NCBI GenBank assembly: GCA_951812315.1
Contig: CATOSA010000006.1
Location: 91 to 64,090, forward strand
From: an uncultured Burkholderiales bacterium
Lineage (GTDB): Bacteria > Pseudomonadota > Gammaproteobacteria > Burkholderiales > Eutrophovitaceae
Direction: 5' to 3'
DNA length: 64,000 nt
Within the stretch, counting starts at the first letter, position 1; each line of letters begins with the position of its first letter. A program made the translations under genes and the position numbers. The notes beneath the pieces were generated by a model. That model had not been told where the DNA came from, did not search any database, and worked only from the letters and a program-made list of their open reading frames with translations. Positions 1 through 9,618 of the stretch are shown in pieces.

Positions 1-225
1 AAATCAGGTGACGGTATCCGTGTGTTGGGCCGAATTATTGGCCTGAAACTCGGTTTACCCAGTCCTGTGCTGCCCCCGCAACGGTAGGCGAGTGTGGGTG
101 CGTCAACGGAAGTCCCGTGCTTTTTTTGGATTTCCAGCCACTGTGGCAATCAGCGATCTCAATCTGCTGCGCCATGGGAAGGCGACGTATCAAGTCTCGC
201 AAGCCCGGATACCGGCCCCGTGAAT
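1..225 (+). promoter_or_regulatory. Cobalamin (AdoCbl) riboswitch in the leader of the btuB-like receptor gene
   Basis: Three elements occur in the canonical order upstream of a TonB-dependent receptor: core CTGCCCCCGCAACGGTAGG at 70-88, GCCACTG...GGGAAGGC at 137-183, and a B12-box-like AAGCCCGGATACCGGCC at 201-217 (E. coli btuB has AAGCCCGAAGACCUGCC). The 5' end may be cut by the window edge. Recognised by eye; no covariance model was run. Confidence 0.65.
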
Positions 226-345
226 ACGTAAGGAGTTTCCGCGTGGGGCGGATTTCGGCCTGTTCCTCTGCGCCTGTCGCCCTGATCGAGAACTCCCTGT
301 TTTTGCCGCGCACACGGCGGGTGTGCAATAGCGCAGGAGAATCAA

Positions 346-2319
346 ATGGCAACAGGACGCATGGTAATTGCCGCTGGAAGCTTCGCAGTAACATTTGCGA
401 CGACCAGCCTGGCACAAGATACTGACCCCCGAGACGATGTTGTTGTTGATGACGTTGTCGTAACTGCGAGTCGCTTCGAAGAGGAATCCGCAAATCAGCC
501 GATAGGTGTGCAGGTTATTAGCGGGGAGCAGGTTCGTTCATCCGGAGCTCGTACACTTCCGGAATTTCTCACTCGCAGTGCAGGAATATATTCTAGAGAC
601 AATTTCGGTAGTCCAAACCAGCAGATTGACATGCGCGGTTTTGGTGTAACCGGCGATCAGAACACACTCATTCTGCTGGACGGTCAGCGCATTAGCGAGA
701 ATGAACTTGTGCCGGCCGATCTGGCGTCAATCCCGCTCTCCTCGATCGATAGAATCGAGATACTAAGGGGAAGCGGAACCGTACTGTATGGCGGCGGCGC
801 GACCGCCGGTACGATAAACATCGTCACCAACGGCGCACGTCCAAATAGCCGAAGCGCAAGTCTAAAGGCGGGCGCCGGTACCTATAACACCTACGAAGTC
901 AGCGCGTCTGCTTCGATCGCAAGCGATAAAGTCGGGGCGACATTCAACATTGGTCAGTTTGATTCCGACAACTACCGGGATAACAACGAACTGGATCAGC
1001 GAAACTTCCTGGGTGATTTTCGTTACTTTGGTGGCAATGGCCCCGTATATCTCAAGATCAACATGGGCGATCAGGATCTCCGCTTGCCTGGCGCGCGGAC
1101 AGAAGCGCAACTTACAACGGATCGACGTGGTACTAGTACGCCGAACGATTACAGTGCCCTGCGTACGTCCCGGGTCAATCTTGGAACCAGCCAGAGGTAT
1201 GGCGCGCTGGAAGCGGCAATAGACCTTACCTACCGTGAGCGCGATTCCTTCGCCGTCATTCAACCGGGAAGTATCGATATTGCAGGCAACGACACTGCAC
1301 TGTCACCGCGTATTAAGTTCTCGTTTGGCGTTGATCATGAAATGGTGGCGGGTATTGACCTGGATGAGTGGAAATACACAACAAGCTCGCTGTTTCCACC
1401 GTTTCCGGCCTCGGCTGCCGGCTCCAACCAGACCAATTCCGCTTTGTACGCCAAGGATACGTTCTATCTGACACCTGCTACCCAGATAAGTCTTGGCGGA
1501 CGCTTGCAACGTACCGATACCACGATCGACGACCTGAGTGGTACCAGCCCGACCAGGAGGGAGCAGATAGATGACCTTGACGCGTGGGAAGTAGCGTTGC
1601 GTCAGCAAATAAACGCAGGGATATCCTTTTACGCGAAGACCGGAACCAGTTTTCGGGTCGCAAACATCGACGAGAATCGATTTGTCATGACACCTCTGCA
1701 GCCGCAGACGTCGCGCGATGCTGAAATTGGAGCCGATTTCGGCAGCTACCGCAGCAGCGTGCGAGTTGCCGCATATCATATGGATATCAATAACGAAATC
1801 GCGTTTCTTCCAAGTGACGTGCTGCCTCCTTTTGGGGGCAACATCAATCTTCCGCCGACTCTACGCGAAGGAGTTGAGCTGGAAGCAAACTGGAATAAGG
1901 ACGACTGGTTGATTCTGTCCGGCCAGTACACCTACACGGTGGCACAGTATCGGGAGGGCAGTTTCGGGGGTGTTGATGTGAGCGGAAACAACATTCCGCT
2001 GGTGCCGAGGCACCGTGCCGGCGTCACTGCCACGGTATTACCGACGCCGGGCGTGAACATTTCAGCAACGGTCACCTATGTGGGCGAGCAGTACTATGAT
2101 AATGACCAGAGCAACAGCTTCGGCCAACTGATGCCGGATTACACGCTGGTTGATCTTGCCGCAATCTACAATACAGGCGACTGGACGCTGGAAGCGATTG
2201 CGCGAAATCTGTTCAATGAAGATTATTACTCATACGGTATCGTCACCAACAATCCCACGTTCTCTGCCTATCCGGCATTCGAACGAAATTTCCTGTTATC
2301 CGCACGGTATCAGTTCTGA
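346..2319 (+). CDS. btuB: TonB-dependent outer-membrane receptor, vitamin B12 transporter BtuB-like
   Basis: 657-aa ORF with a signal peptide. The TonB box region DDVVVTASRFEE resembles E. coli BtuB DTLVVTANRFEQ. Plug plus barrel length fits, with a C-terminal aromatic end ...ARYQF. A cobalamin riboswitch lies upstream. Confidence 0.8.
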   Translation: MATGRMVIAAGSFAVTFATTSLAQDTDPRDDVVVDDVVVTASRFEEESANQPIGVQVISGEQVRSSGARTLPEFLTRSAGIYSRDNFGSPNQQIDMRGFGVTGDQNTLILLDGQRISENELVPADLASIPLSSIDRIEILRGSGTVLYGGGATAGTINIVTNGARPNSRSASLKAGAGTYNTYEVSASASIASDKVGATFNIGQFDSDNYRDNNELDQRNFLGDFRYFGGNGPVYLKINMGDQDLRLPGARTEAQLTTDRRGTSTPNDYSALRTSRVNLGTSQRYGALEAAIDLTYRERDSFAVIQPGSIDIAGNDTALSPRIKFSFGVDHEMVAGIDLDEWKYTTSSLFPPFPASAAGSNQTNSALYAKDTFYLTPATQISLGGRLQRTDTTIDDLSGTSPTRREQIDDLDAWEVALRQQINAGISFYAKTGTSFRVANIDENRFVMTPLQPQTSRDAEIGADFGSYRSSVRVAAYHMDINNEIAFLPSDVLPPFGGNINLPPTLREGVELEANWNKDDWLILSGQYTYTVAQYREGSFGGVDVSGNNIPLVPRHRAGVTATVLPTPGVNISATVTYVGEQYYDNDQSNSFGQLMPDYTLVDLAAIYNTGDWTLEAIARNLFNEDYYSYGIVTNNPTFSAYPAFERNFLLSARYQF

Positions 2320-2394
2320 GCTGGGGGCTATGCCGTGCCGTGACGTGCGCGGCATAACCACCGAGGTTTTCCGGGCAGCTCGACGCTTGATACA

Positions 2395-2431
2395 CCAGCT
2401 GCAATATGGCAGCTGGATTGTTTCTTTTTTT
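2395..2431 (+). terminator. Rho-independent terminator after btuB
   Basis: 8-bp stem CCAGCTGC/GCAGCTGG with a 6-nt loop, followed by ATTGTTTCTTTTTTT. Confidence 0.7.
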
Positions 2432-2445
2432 GGTTCGCGTCTGCT

Positions 2446-4221
2446 ATGGTGCGCGCCATGCAAGCGATGACCAGCACGCAGCTCTATCTCCGACTGCTTC
2501 GCTATGTGCGTCCCTATGCATGGGTGTTCGCATTCTCCATCGTGGGCATGTTGATCAGCGCAGCGACCGAAGTTGCTTTGCCCGCCGCGGTCAAGCCGTT
2601 TCTTGACGGCACCTTTGTCAGCAAGGATCCGGTTCTGATCAAATGGACGCCGATTGCTCTGATCGCTTTGTTCATTTTCCGCGGATTTGGCAGTTTTCTG
2701 GGTCAGTATGCGGCGGCCTGGGTGGGCAACAAAGTCGTCATGGATTTGCGCGATCAGATGTTCCGGCGCATGTTGGCATTGCCGCTTGGTTATTTTTACG
2801 AGCGAAGCACCGGAAATATGATCTCGCGGTTTACGTTTGACGTCGCGCAGGTCACTCAGGCGGCTACCCAGGTTGTAACGGTACTCGTAAAGGACACCCT
2901 GACGATAGTCGGATTGTTTGCCTATTTGCTCTACGTAGACTGGAAACTCACGCTGATATCGCTGGCGATGATTCCACCGATTGCGCTTGTAGTGCGCTAT
3001 TTCAATATCAGGTTGCGAAACACCAGTCGTTCGACGCAAACGGCGATGGGAGAGCTGACCCAGGTTGTCCAGGAAACCATCGACTGCAACAAGGTTGTCA
3101 AGATATTTGGCGGACAAAGCTACGAAACGCAACGCTTCAACGATACCAGCAACGCCTTGCGCGGATACATGATGAAGCAGACTGCCGCCGCGGCCGCGAA
3201 TGTACCGATCGTGCAGGTGCTTGCAGCGCTTGCGACCGCGGTCGTTGTTTACTACGTGACCGTACAGGCACAGCAGGCGACCACCACCGTCGGTGGCTTT
3301 GTGTCGTTTCTCGCCGCCATGTTGATGTTGACGGCGCCGCTGAAACGGCTTACAGGAGTTGCAGAACATTTGCAGCGTGGACTTGCAGCGGCGGAATCGG
3401 TGTTTTCGCTGATCGACGAGGCGCCCGAGGTTGACACTGGCAAACTTGATCTACCACGAGCCAGAGGCGAATTACGCTTCGAAAATGTGAGCTTCAGCTA
3501 CGAGCGAAGCGACACACCTGCACTGAAAAACGTCAACCTCACCATCGCCGCCGGAGAAACCGTTGCACTGGTTGGTTCTTCGGGCGGCGGCAAAACAACT
3601 TTCGCCAATATGGTGCCGCGCTTCTTTCGTCCCGATGCAGGGCGCATTCTGCTTGACGGGCACGATATCGGTTCACTGACCTTGGCCAGCCTGCGCGCGA
3701 ATATCGCGCTCGTCAGCCAGGAAGTCGCACTGTTTAATGATACGGTCGCAGCGAACATCGCATACGGGGTCAATGCGGCCGCGCAACTGCCGCAAATTGA
3801 AGCCGCGGCCGAAGCGGCGCACGCGATGGAATTTATTAGCGCGATGCCGCATGGCATGGATACCGTAATTGGAGAAAAAGGTGTACGCCTGTCCGGCGGG
3901 CAACGTCAGCGCCTCGCTATTGCCCGGACGATACTCAAGGACGCACCGGTGTTGATACTTGATGAAGCGACGTCAGCACTTGACTCCGAATCCGAAAAAC
4001 ATGTTCAGGCTGCGCTTGATTCCCTGATGAAAGGGCGCACTACTGTCGTGATTGCGCACAGGCTTTCAACGATTGAGAACGCCGATCGCATTGTCGTGCT
4101 CGATAATGGCAGGATTGCCGAAGTCGGCACCCATGCCGAGTTGCTGACGCGCGAAGGTATTTATGCGCGGCTCTACAACATACAGTTCGCTTCCGGCGCT
4201 AACGCACTGTCGCAAAAGTAG
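2446..4221 (+). CDS. msbA: Lipid A export ABC transporter permease/ATPase MsbA
   Basis: 591-aa fused TMD-NBD protein with Walker A GSSGGGKTT, signature LSGGQRQR and Walker B VLILDEATSALD. Length and architecture match MsbA. The start could be ATG 2446, 2458 or 2467. Confidence 0.8.
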   Translation: MVRAMQAMTSTQLYLRLLRYVRPYAWVFAFSIVGMLISAATEVALPAAVKPFLDGTFVSKDPVLIKWTPIALIALFIFRGFGSFLGQYAAAWVGNKVVMDLRDQMFRRMLALPLGYFYERSTGNMISRFTFDVAQVTQAATQVVTVLVKDTLTIVGLFAYLLYVDWKLTLISLAMIPPIALVVRYFNIRLRNTSRSTQTAMGELTQVVQETIDCNKVVKIFGGQSYETQRFNDTSNALRGYMMKQTAAAAANVPIVQVLAALATAVVVYYVTVQAQQATTTVGGFVSFLAAMLMLTAPLKRLTGVAEHLQRGLAAAESVFSLIDEAPEVDTGKLDLPRARGELRFENVSFSYERSDTPALKNVNLTIAAGETVALVGSSGGGKTTFANMVPRFFRPDAGRILLDGHDIGSLTLASLRANIALVSQEVALFNDTVAANIAYGVNAAAQLPQIEAAAEAAHAMEFISAMPHGMDTVIGEKGVRLSGGQRQRLAIARTILKDAPVLILDEATSALDSESEKHVQAALDSLMKGRTTVVIAHRLSTIENADRIVVLDNGRIAEVGTHAELLTREGIYARLYNIQFASGANALSQK

Positions 4222-4414
4222 ATCCGGCGGCAATCCGGCTCGAAACGCGCCTGCCTTGTTGTTAAAAGATCCAGTATGTAAACGGTCCGGTTTGCATGCG
4301 TGACACCTCTGTTGATTTTGGGCAAAACTCGCCGCGTGAGCGTGTATTCGAATTGCCGGGCTGTTGTAGTATTTGTCGTGCGATCGATGTGTATTCGTTC
4401 CAGGAGTAGTGACG

Positions 4415-5709
4415 ATGAGTAAACCCAAAAAGAGTCTCTTTGAGCTGTATGCCGCCGATCCGCAACAAGCGGACCGCCTCGTCTTTGGCCGTGAAACTTT
4501 TTCTGACAGGCGTGGCTTTCTGAAAGGCGCAGGTCTTGCCAGCATGGCAGCTTTCCTTGGTGGCGCCATTCCCTTTCACCGATCGATGCCGGGCGGTCTG
4601 ATACCGGTCGCGCTTGCCGAAGAATCATTTCGAATTGAAAACAAGGACGGACTCGTTATTCTGAATGACTGGCCCGTCAACGCAGAATGTCCGCCGCATC
4701 TGCTCGATGACGAAGTGACACCGACCGCGCGCCACTTCGTGCGCAACAACGGCACGCCTCCAGCAAACGTAAATGTGCAGGACTGGCGGCTCGCAGTAGA
4801 CGGAGAAGTTTCCTCACCCATGACGTTCAGTATTGATGACCTTAGAAACAGGTTTGAGGTCGTCAAGTTAAAGCTGTTGATCGAATGCTGAGGCAACGGC
4901 CGCGCATTCTTTGAACCGAAAGCCAAGGGCAATCAGTGGACCCTTGGAGCAGTTGCCTGCTCGGAGTGGACCGGAGTGAGGCTTTCAGACGTGTTGGCGG
5001 CCGCTGGGCTGAAAAACAATGCCATCTACACGGCGCATTACGGCGAAGATGCGCATCTTTCGGGGAATCCGGACAAGGAAGCGATCTCTCGCGGCGTGCC
5101 CATCTCCAAAGCAATGAGTCCGTTCAATTTGAATGCGTTCGAACAGAATGGGGACGACTTACATCCGATGAATGGCGCGCCCTCAGGTTGGTCATTCCCG
5201 GATGGCCTGGCTCTTGTTCACATCAATGGCTGACGCGCATTCAAATTCGCGATCGCGTTCACGACGGCACCAAGATGACCGGTACCGCCTATCGAACACC
5301 GGCCTACCCGGTCGCCCCGGGAGAGAAAGTGCCGAAGAAAGATTTCCGCATCATCGAATCGATGCCGGTGAAATCGCTCATCACCTATCCGAAAAGTGGA
5401 ATCGAACTATCCGGTTCCCCTGAACTGGACATTCGCGGCCATGCCTGGGCTGGTGACAATGCCGTCAGCGCCGTAGACGTATCGATTGATTTTGGCGCCA
5501 CCTGGCTGAATGCAGATTTGCACGCTCCGGCAAACCCGTTTGCATGGCAACACTTCAGTGCGCGGATCAGATTTCCCGAAAAAGGCTATTACGAAATCTG
5601 GGCACGGGCCAAAGATGACGAAGGCAGGCAACAGCCGTTTGCAATTGCATGGAACCCGAAAGGTTATTTGAACAATACGATGCATCGCGTTGCAGTACGG
5701 GTTGTTTGA
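4415..5709 (+). pseudogene. Sulfite-oxidase-family molybdopterin oxidoreductase (SorA-like), disrupted
   Basis: ATG 4415 follows an AGGAG Shine-Dalgarno (SD) sequence, and there is a Tat signal SDRRGFLKGAGLASMAAF. An in-frame TGA at 4889-4891 falls inside ...LLIEC*GNGRAFF. The same frame continues to about 5180, then the conserved ...LRLVIPGWPGSCSHQWLTRI... continues in another frame (one C missing in the run at 5180-5182). Confidence 0.7.
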
Positions 5710-5764
5710 TTACTACGGGGCGATGTCTGGCGGAGCTGGCCGGTCCGTCAATAGATGATGAATA

Positions 5765-6622
5765 TTGGCGCGCTTGCTGAAGCGGACTTTGCGTCTGGCG
5801 TTATCTGACGTGTCTATATCCAACGTGTCGAATTGCTATCTGGTAACGACTTTCTGGAACACTGCATTCTGGAACACCGGTTTCTGGAATACTCTTTTCT
5901 GGAACACAGCTTTCTGGAAGACTGTGGCGACGATCGTGTTATCCGCGTTACTGCACTGTAACCATGTCTCGGCCGGGGACGGGATAGAACCCGTTCACGC
6001 GCGCCTCGCAACGGCAAACACGGAAAAGGGAATGCGCGTGTTCCTCCAGTGCGCTGTTTGCCATGTTTCAAAATCTGGCGCAGAAACAACGATAGGCCCG
6101 AATCTGTGGAGCGTCGTCGGGCGAAGGGTCGCTGCCGAACCAGGCTTCGAATACTCGGATTCACTGAAGCTGGTTGGCGGTGACTGGGACTTCGAGCAAC
6201 TCAACATTTATCTGTCTGATCCCAAGCTGATTGCTCCGGAAGGGCGCATGCCATTCCCGGGAATCAGGTCGGTTGAAGAACGCGCCCAACTTATTGCCTA
6301 TCTCGCCACATTGAGTGATGCACCCATAGCGCTGCCTGTTGCGGCGGAGGCCATTGGGGATGAATCCGTTGTCGAGAGTGCGACAAATGGCAACTCCGAA
6401 AAATGGCAAGGACTTCCACCGGGCCCCGGTCGGGAAGACGTTTTTTATCGCTGCCGGGTTTGTCACTCGCTGATGATCGTCAAGCAACAAGGGTTAAGCC
6501 GCGAGGCATGGGAAGAGTCGCTCGAATGGATGGTCGAAGAGCAAGGTATGTCTCCGATCGAGGACGAGACTACGCGCGACACAATCCTTGATTATTTGTC
6601 CGCGCATTTTGGTCGGGACTAG
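5765..6622 (+). CDS. Dihaem c-type cytochrome (SorB-like partner of the upstream Mo-enzyme gene); start uncertain
   Basis: Two CxxCH motifs (CAVCH, CRVCH) and a hydrophobic signal-like VATIVLSALLHCNHVSA. There is no in-frame ATG before the first haem domain. Candidate starts are TTG 5765 and GTG 5924. Confidence 0.65.
   Translation: MARLLKRTLRLALSDVSISNVSNCYLVTTFWNTAFWNTGFWNTLFWNTAFWKTVATIVLSALLHCNHVSAGDGIEPVHARLATANTEKGMRVFLQCAVCHVSKSGAETTIGPNLWSVVGRRVAAEPGFEYSDSLKLVGGDWDFEQLNIYLSDPKLIAPEGRMPFPGIRSVEERAQLIAYLATLSDAPIALPVAAEAIGDESVVESATNGNSEKWQGLPPGPGREDVFYRCRVCHSLMIVKQQGLSREAWEESLEWMVEEQGMSPIEDETTRDTILDYLSAHFGRD
5852..5926 (+). repeat. 15-bp tandem repeat x5 (TTCTGGAACACNNNN)
   Basis: The units are ttctggaacactgca, ttctggaacaccggt, ttctggaatactctt, ttctggaacacagct and ttctggaagactgtg. 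If translated from TTG 5765 they encode (FWNTx)5. Confidence 0.9.
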
Positions 6623-6734
6623 GTATTCCGAGCGTGTATTTGATTGATGCATTGCAAGCGGACTTGACACGCATACCCCGCGCTGGTGATGCTGATGTCT
6701 GTCGTCCAGAAACCAGTTACAGCGGGAGGGGAAC

Positions 6735-7805
6735 ATGACACTTCGAAACAAGGGCATTGCTGCGGCGATGCTGTCCATGCTGATGTTGTCAGGCATGGTT
6801 CCGGCGCAGGCAGCCAAATTCACGATGGTGATCAGCCATCTTGCGCCGGAAGACCTGAGCAACAACGAAATGCACCCTGCGATGAAGCATTTCGAATCCA
6901 TTCTCGAATCGGCGACAGAAGGCGGCATCGACGTGCAGGTGTTTGGCAACGGCCAACTCGGTTCCGAAGTTGAAACCGCCAAGCAGGCGCAAGGTGGCCG
7001 CATCGTTCAGGCGTCGCTAATTTCATCGGGTGCAATGTCGTCATTTTTCCCCGAGTACCAGATTGTGACGACGCCTTTTCTTTTTCCGAATTACCGCATA
7101 GCGCGAGCTTACTTCGATGGCGGATGGCATGCCAAATTCATGCGCGGCACGCTTAAATCGGGATTGCGCTACCTCGGCACGCTCGACGATGGCGGTGGCT
7201 TCGTGGCCTTTACCAATAACAAGCGGCTGATCAAGACCGCGGCCGATATCAAGGGCCTGAAAATCCGCGTCGAGGAAAATCCGGCGCATGTTGCCACGAT
7301 GAAAGCCCTTGGTGCGTCGGCAACACCGTTGCCTTGGGGCGAAGTTGTAACCGCATTGAGTACCGGACTTGCCGATGGTCAGTTCAACGCGCCCGGTGTC
7401 AGCCTCGCGTTCAAACTGTGGGAAGTAAACGACTTCACGACGTGGAGTGGTCACGTGTATAACTCCGTCTCGTGGATGGTCAGCGAAAAGTGGTTTCAAC
7501 GATTGCCAAAGGAATACCAGCAAGCGGTCATTGAGTCGGCCCGCGAAGCCGTGCAGGTTTCGCACGGTATCGCCGTGCTCGCTGCCATCAAGGGCTGGGA
7601 AGCATCGTGCAAAAATTTCAAGAAATGCCATATCCTGACTGCTGCGGAAAAGAAGAAGATGGCAGCGATAGCGCGCCCGGCCTGGAAGAAGTGGGTGACC
7701 GGTGACTTTGGAATCGATGCCAAGCTCGTCGATGAGCTGTGGGCGACAGTGGCGCGCATTGAAAAGGATACCGTCTCGCTTGACCTGCAGAACTACGCCC
7801 GCTGA
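6735..7805 (+). CDS. dctP: TRAP transporter substrate-binding protein (DctP family)
   Basis: 356 aa with a signal peptide ending PAQAA and DctP-like sequence. It is followed by Q and M subunits. GGGAGGGG SD upstream. Confidence 0.8.
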   Translation: MTLRNKGIAAAMLSMLMLSGMVPAQAAKFTMVISHLAPEDLSNNEMHPAMKHFESILESATEGGIDVQVFGNGQLGSEVETAKQAQGGRIVQASLISSGAMSSFFPEYQIVTTPFLFPNYRIARAYFDGGWHAKFMRGTLKSGLRYLGTLDDGGGFVAFTNNKRLIKTAADIKGLKIRVEENPAHVATMKALGASATPLPWGEVVTALSTGLADGQFNAPGVSLAFKLWEVNDFTTWSGHVYNSVSWMVSEKWFQRLPKEYQQAVIESAREAVQVSHGIAVLAAIKGWEASCKNFKKCHILTAAEKKKMAAIARPAWKKWVTGDFGIDAKLVDELWATVARIEKDTVSLDLQNYAR

Positions 7806-7810
7806 TCGCT

Positions 7811-8341
7811 GTGACAATTGGATCTCGCGCGCGAGCCGTTAGCGATACCGTTAACAGGTTGGTATTGTTCACCTGCGTTGGCTGCATATTGTCGATGCTG
7901 TCGATCTCTTTCGTGGGATTTTTCTATATGGTCGTCACCAGCGAGGCGCTGAGCTGGACGTACTCGCTTGCCCGCCTGTTCATTCCGTGGATCGGCATGC
8001 TTAGTATTACTGTTGCGTTCCATGACGGCGAGCATGTCGCGATGAACATGATGTCACGCATGGTGCCCGAAGCCGTGGCTGCAGCAATGCGTTATGCAGT
8101 TCTAGCGTCGGTGGCAATATTTGCCGCATTGCTGCTTTGGTTCGGATGGTATTTCTTTGAGTCAACCGCACAGTACTATATGGTTTCTGATCAGATACAG
8201 ATTCACGCACGATGGGTCGCAGTGTGCGTCCCGCTCAGCGGCGCAATATTGCTCGTCCATCTGGTCAAGGGATTCGGTCTGCTGGATCCGCCCGACGCCG
8301 AATTGTATGGCGCAGTAGAAAATGGCGCAGTAGACAAGTGA
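7811..8341 (+). CDS. dctQ: TRAP transporter small permease (DctQ family)
   Basis: 176-aa, 4-TM protein between the DctP and DctM genes. Confidence 0.75.
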   Translation: MTIGSRARAVSDTVNRLVLFTCVGCILSMLSISFVGFFYMVVTSEALSWTYSLARLFIPWIGMLSITVAFHDGEHVAMNMMSRMVPEAVAAAMRYAVLASVAIFAALLLWFGWYFFESTAQYYMVSDQIQIHARWVAVCVPLSGAILLVHLVKGFGLLDPPDAELYGAVENGAVDK

Positions 8342-9618
8342 CCGCGACCCTCGCCGTATTCATTTTCCTGCTGCTGATCGGTGCGCCAATTGCGCTGGTC
8401 ATGGTGTTTTCAGGTCTGGCTGGTGCAGTCTCGCTTGGCGGACTTGCCTTCATGGAAATTCTCGCCGACCGCATGTTCTCCGGCGTCAGCGGGTTCTTGT
8501 TGATGGCTGTGCCTTATTTCATCTTTACCGCCGAATTGATGAATCGCGCCGGCCTGACGCAGCGCCTGATCGATTTCAATAATGCGCTTCTCGGACGTGT
8601 ACGGGGGGCACTGAGTCACGTCAACATCACCACAAGCCTGTTCTTCGCCGGGCTAACCGGCGCGGCTATTACAGACACGGTGGCGGTCGGCAAGTTAATG
8701 ATCCCGGCGATGAAGAAGGAAGGGTATCCAGCTGACTACAGCGCCGCGGTGACTGCGTGCTCTTCAGTAATTGGACCGATCATCCCGCCAAGCGTCGTGA
8801 TGATTGTGTATGCGACGATTCTTCAGGAAATTTCAGTCATTTCCTTGTTCATTGCCGGCATCATTCCCGGTCTCCTGCTCACTGTCGCATTGCTATGCGT
8901 CAGCGGATTCCTCTCCTGGCGCCGCAATTTTCCGGTTCACGTTGACGGCGGGTTTTTGCCGGCTCTGAAAACGTTGCTGCCGACTCTTCCGGCGCTCCTG
9001 GTGCCGGTGATCATTCTCGGCGGGATCCTGAGTGGACTGAGTACTGTGACCGAAGCCTCGGCGTTTGCGGCCGTCTACACAATCGCTATCGGCTTGTTTA
9101 TTTACAAACGTCTTACAGTGGCGCAGATCTGGGACGCACTGCTTACAACAGTACGCTTGTCGGGCGTGGTGTTTTTTCTGCTGGGTGCATCGACCGTGCT
9201 CGGATGGTTTGTGACCCGCTCCGGCATTACGCGAGAGGCGGCTGAGCTCATCGCTGCGTTCAGCGACAACCCCCTCATACAAATCCTGATGGTGAACGCC
9301 CTGCTACTGCTCGTGGGCACGGCTGTCGACGTTCTGCCCGCTCTCGTGATCGTTGCACCTGTTCTTGTTCCGGCAATGGTTCAGCTCGGCTTCGATCCGC
9401 TTCATTTTGCGATGGTGATGATTATCACGCTCAATGTCGGCAACATTACGCCGCCAGTTGGAATGACGCTGATGACGGCCGCGCGTATTGCCCAGGTCAG
9501 TTACGAAAGTGCAATTCGTGCATCGTTGCCTTTTTATCTCAGTTTTATTGCATTCATCGCGATTGTTTCTGTGTGGCCTCAAATTGTGCTGTTTCTGCCG
9601 CGATTGTTGCAGTCGTGA
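8338..9618 (+). CDS. dctM: TRAP transporter large permease (DctM family)
   Basis: Polytopic membrane protein. I prefer the GTG start at 8338, which overlaps the dctQ stop (GTGA), over the ORF-track start at 8212. Confidence 0.8.
   Translation: MTATLAVFIFLLLIGAPIALVMVFSGLAGAVSLGGLAFMEILADRMFSGVSGFLLMAVPYFIFTAELMNRAGLTQRLIDFNNALLGRVRGALSHVNITTSLFFAGLTGAAITDTVAVGKLMIPAMKKEGYPADYSAAVTACSSVIGPIIPPSVVMIVYATILQEISVISLFIAGIIPGLLLTVALLCVSGFLSWRRNFPVHVDGGFLPALKTLLPTLPALLVPVIILGGILSGLSTVTEASAFAAVYTIAIGLFIYKRLTVAQIWDALLTTVRLSGVVFFLLGASTVLGWFVTRSGITREAAELIAAFSDNPLIQILMVNALLLLVGTAVDVLPALVIVAPVLVPAMVQLGFDPLHFAMVMIITLNVGNITPPVGMTLMTAARIAQVSYESAIRASLPFYLSFIAFIAIVSVWPQIVLFLPRLLQS

Noticed and set aside
4889-4891. 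Possibility that the in-frame TGA next to the Mo-ligand Cys of the SorA-like gene encodes selenocysteine.
   Set aside because: No SECIS-like hairpin starts within about 10-20 nt of the TGA; the only good stem, CCAAGGG/CCCTTGG, starts 31 nt downstream. No Sec is known at this position in the family. A frameshift 290 nt downstream independently breaks the gene.
5852-5926. The tandem arrays as CRISPR arrays or sigma-54 promoters (TGGAAC resembles TGGCAC).
   Set aside because: The units are contiguous with no spacers and far too short for CRISPR. The GG-N10-GC spacing of sigma-54 promoters is not met in any unit.
8212-8337. N-terminal extensions in the ORF track for dctM (8212), prk (26444), rlpA (44078), mreC (39587), lptE (29122) and ubiJ (58538).
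   Set aside because: The extensions overlap upstream genes or lack family similarity. Internal starts give family-typical N-termini, some with SD sequences or start/stop coupling.
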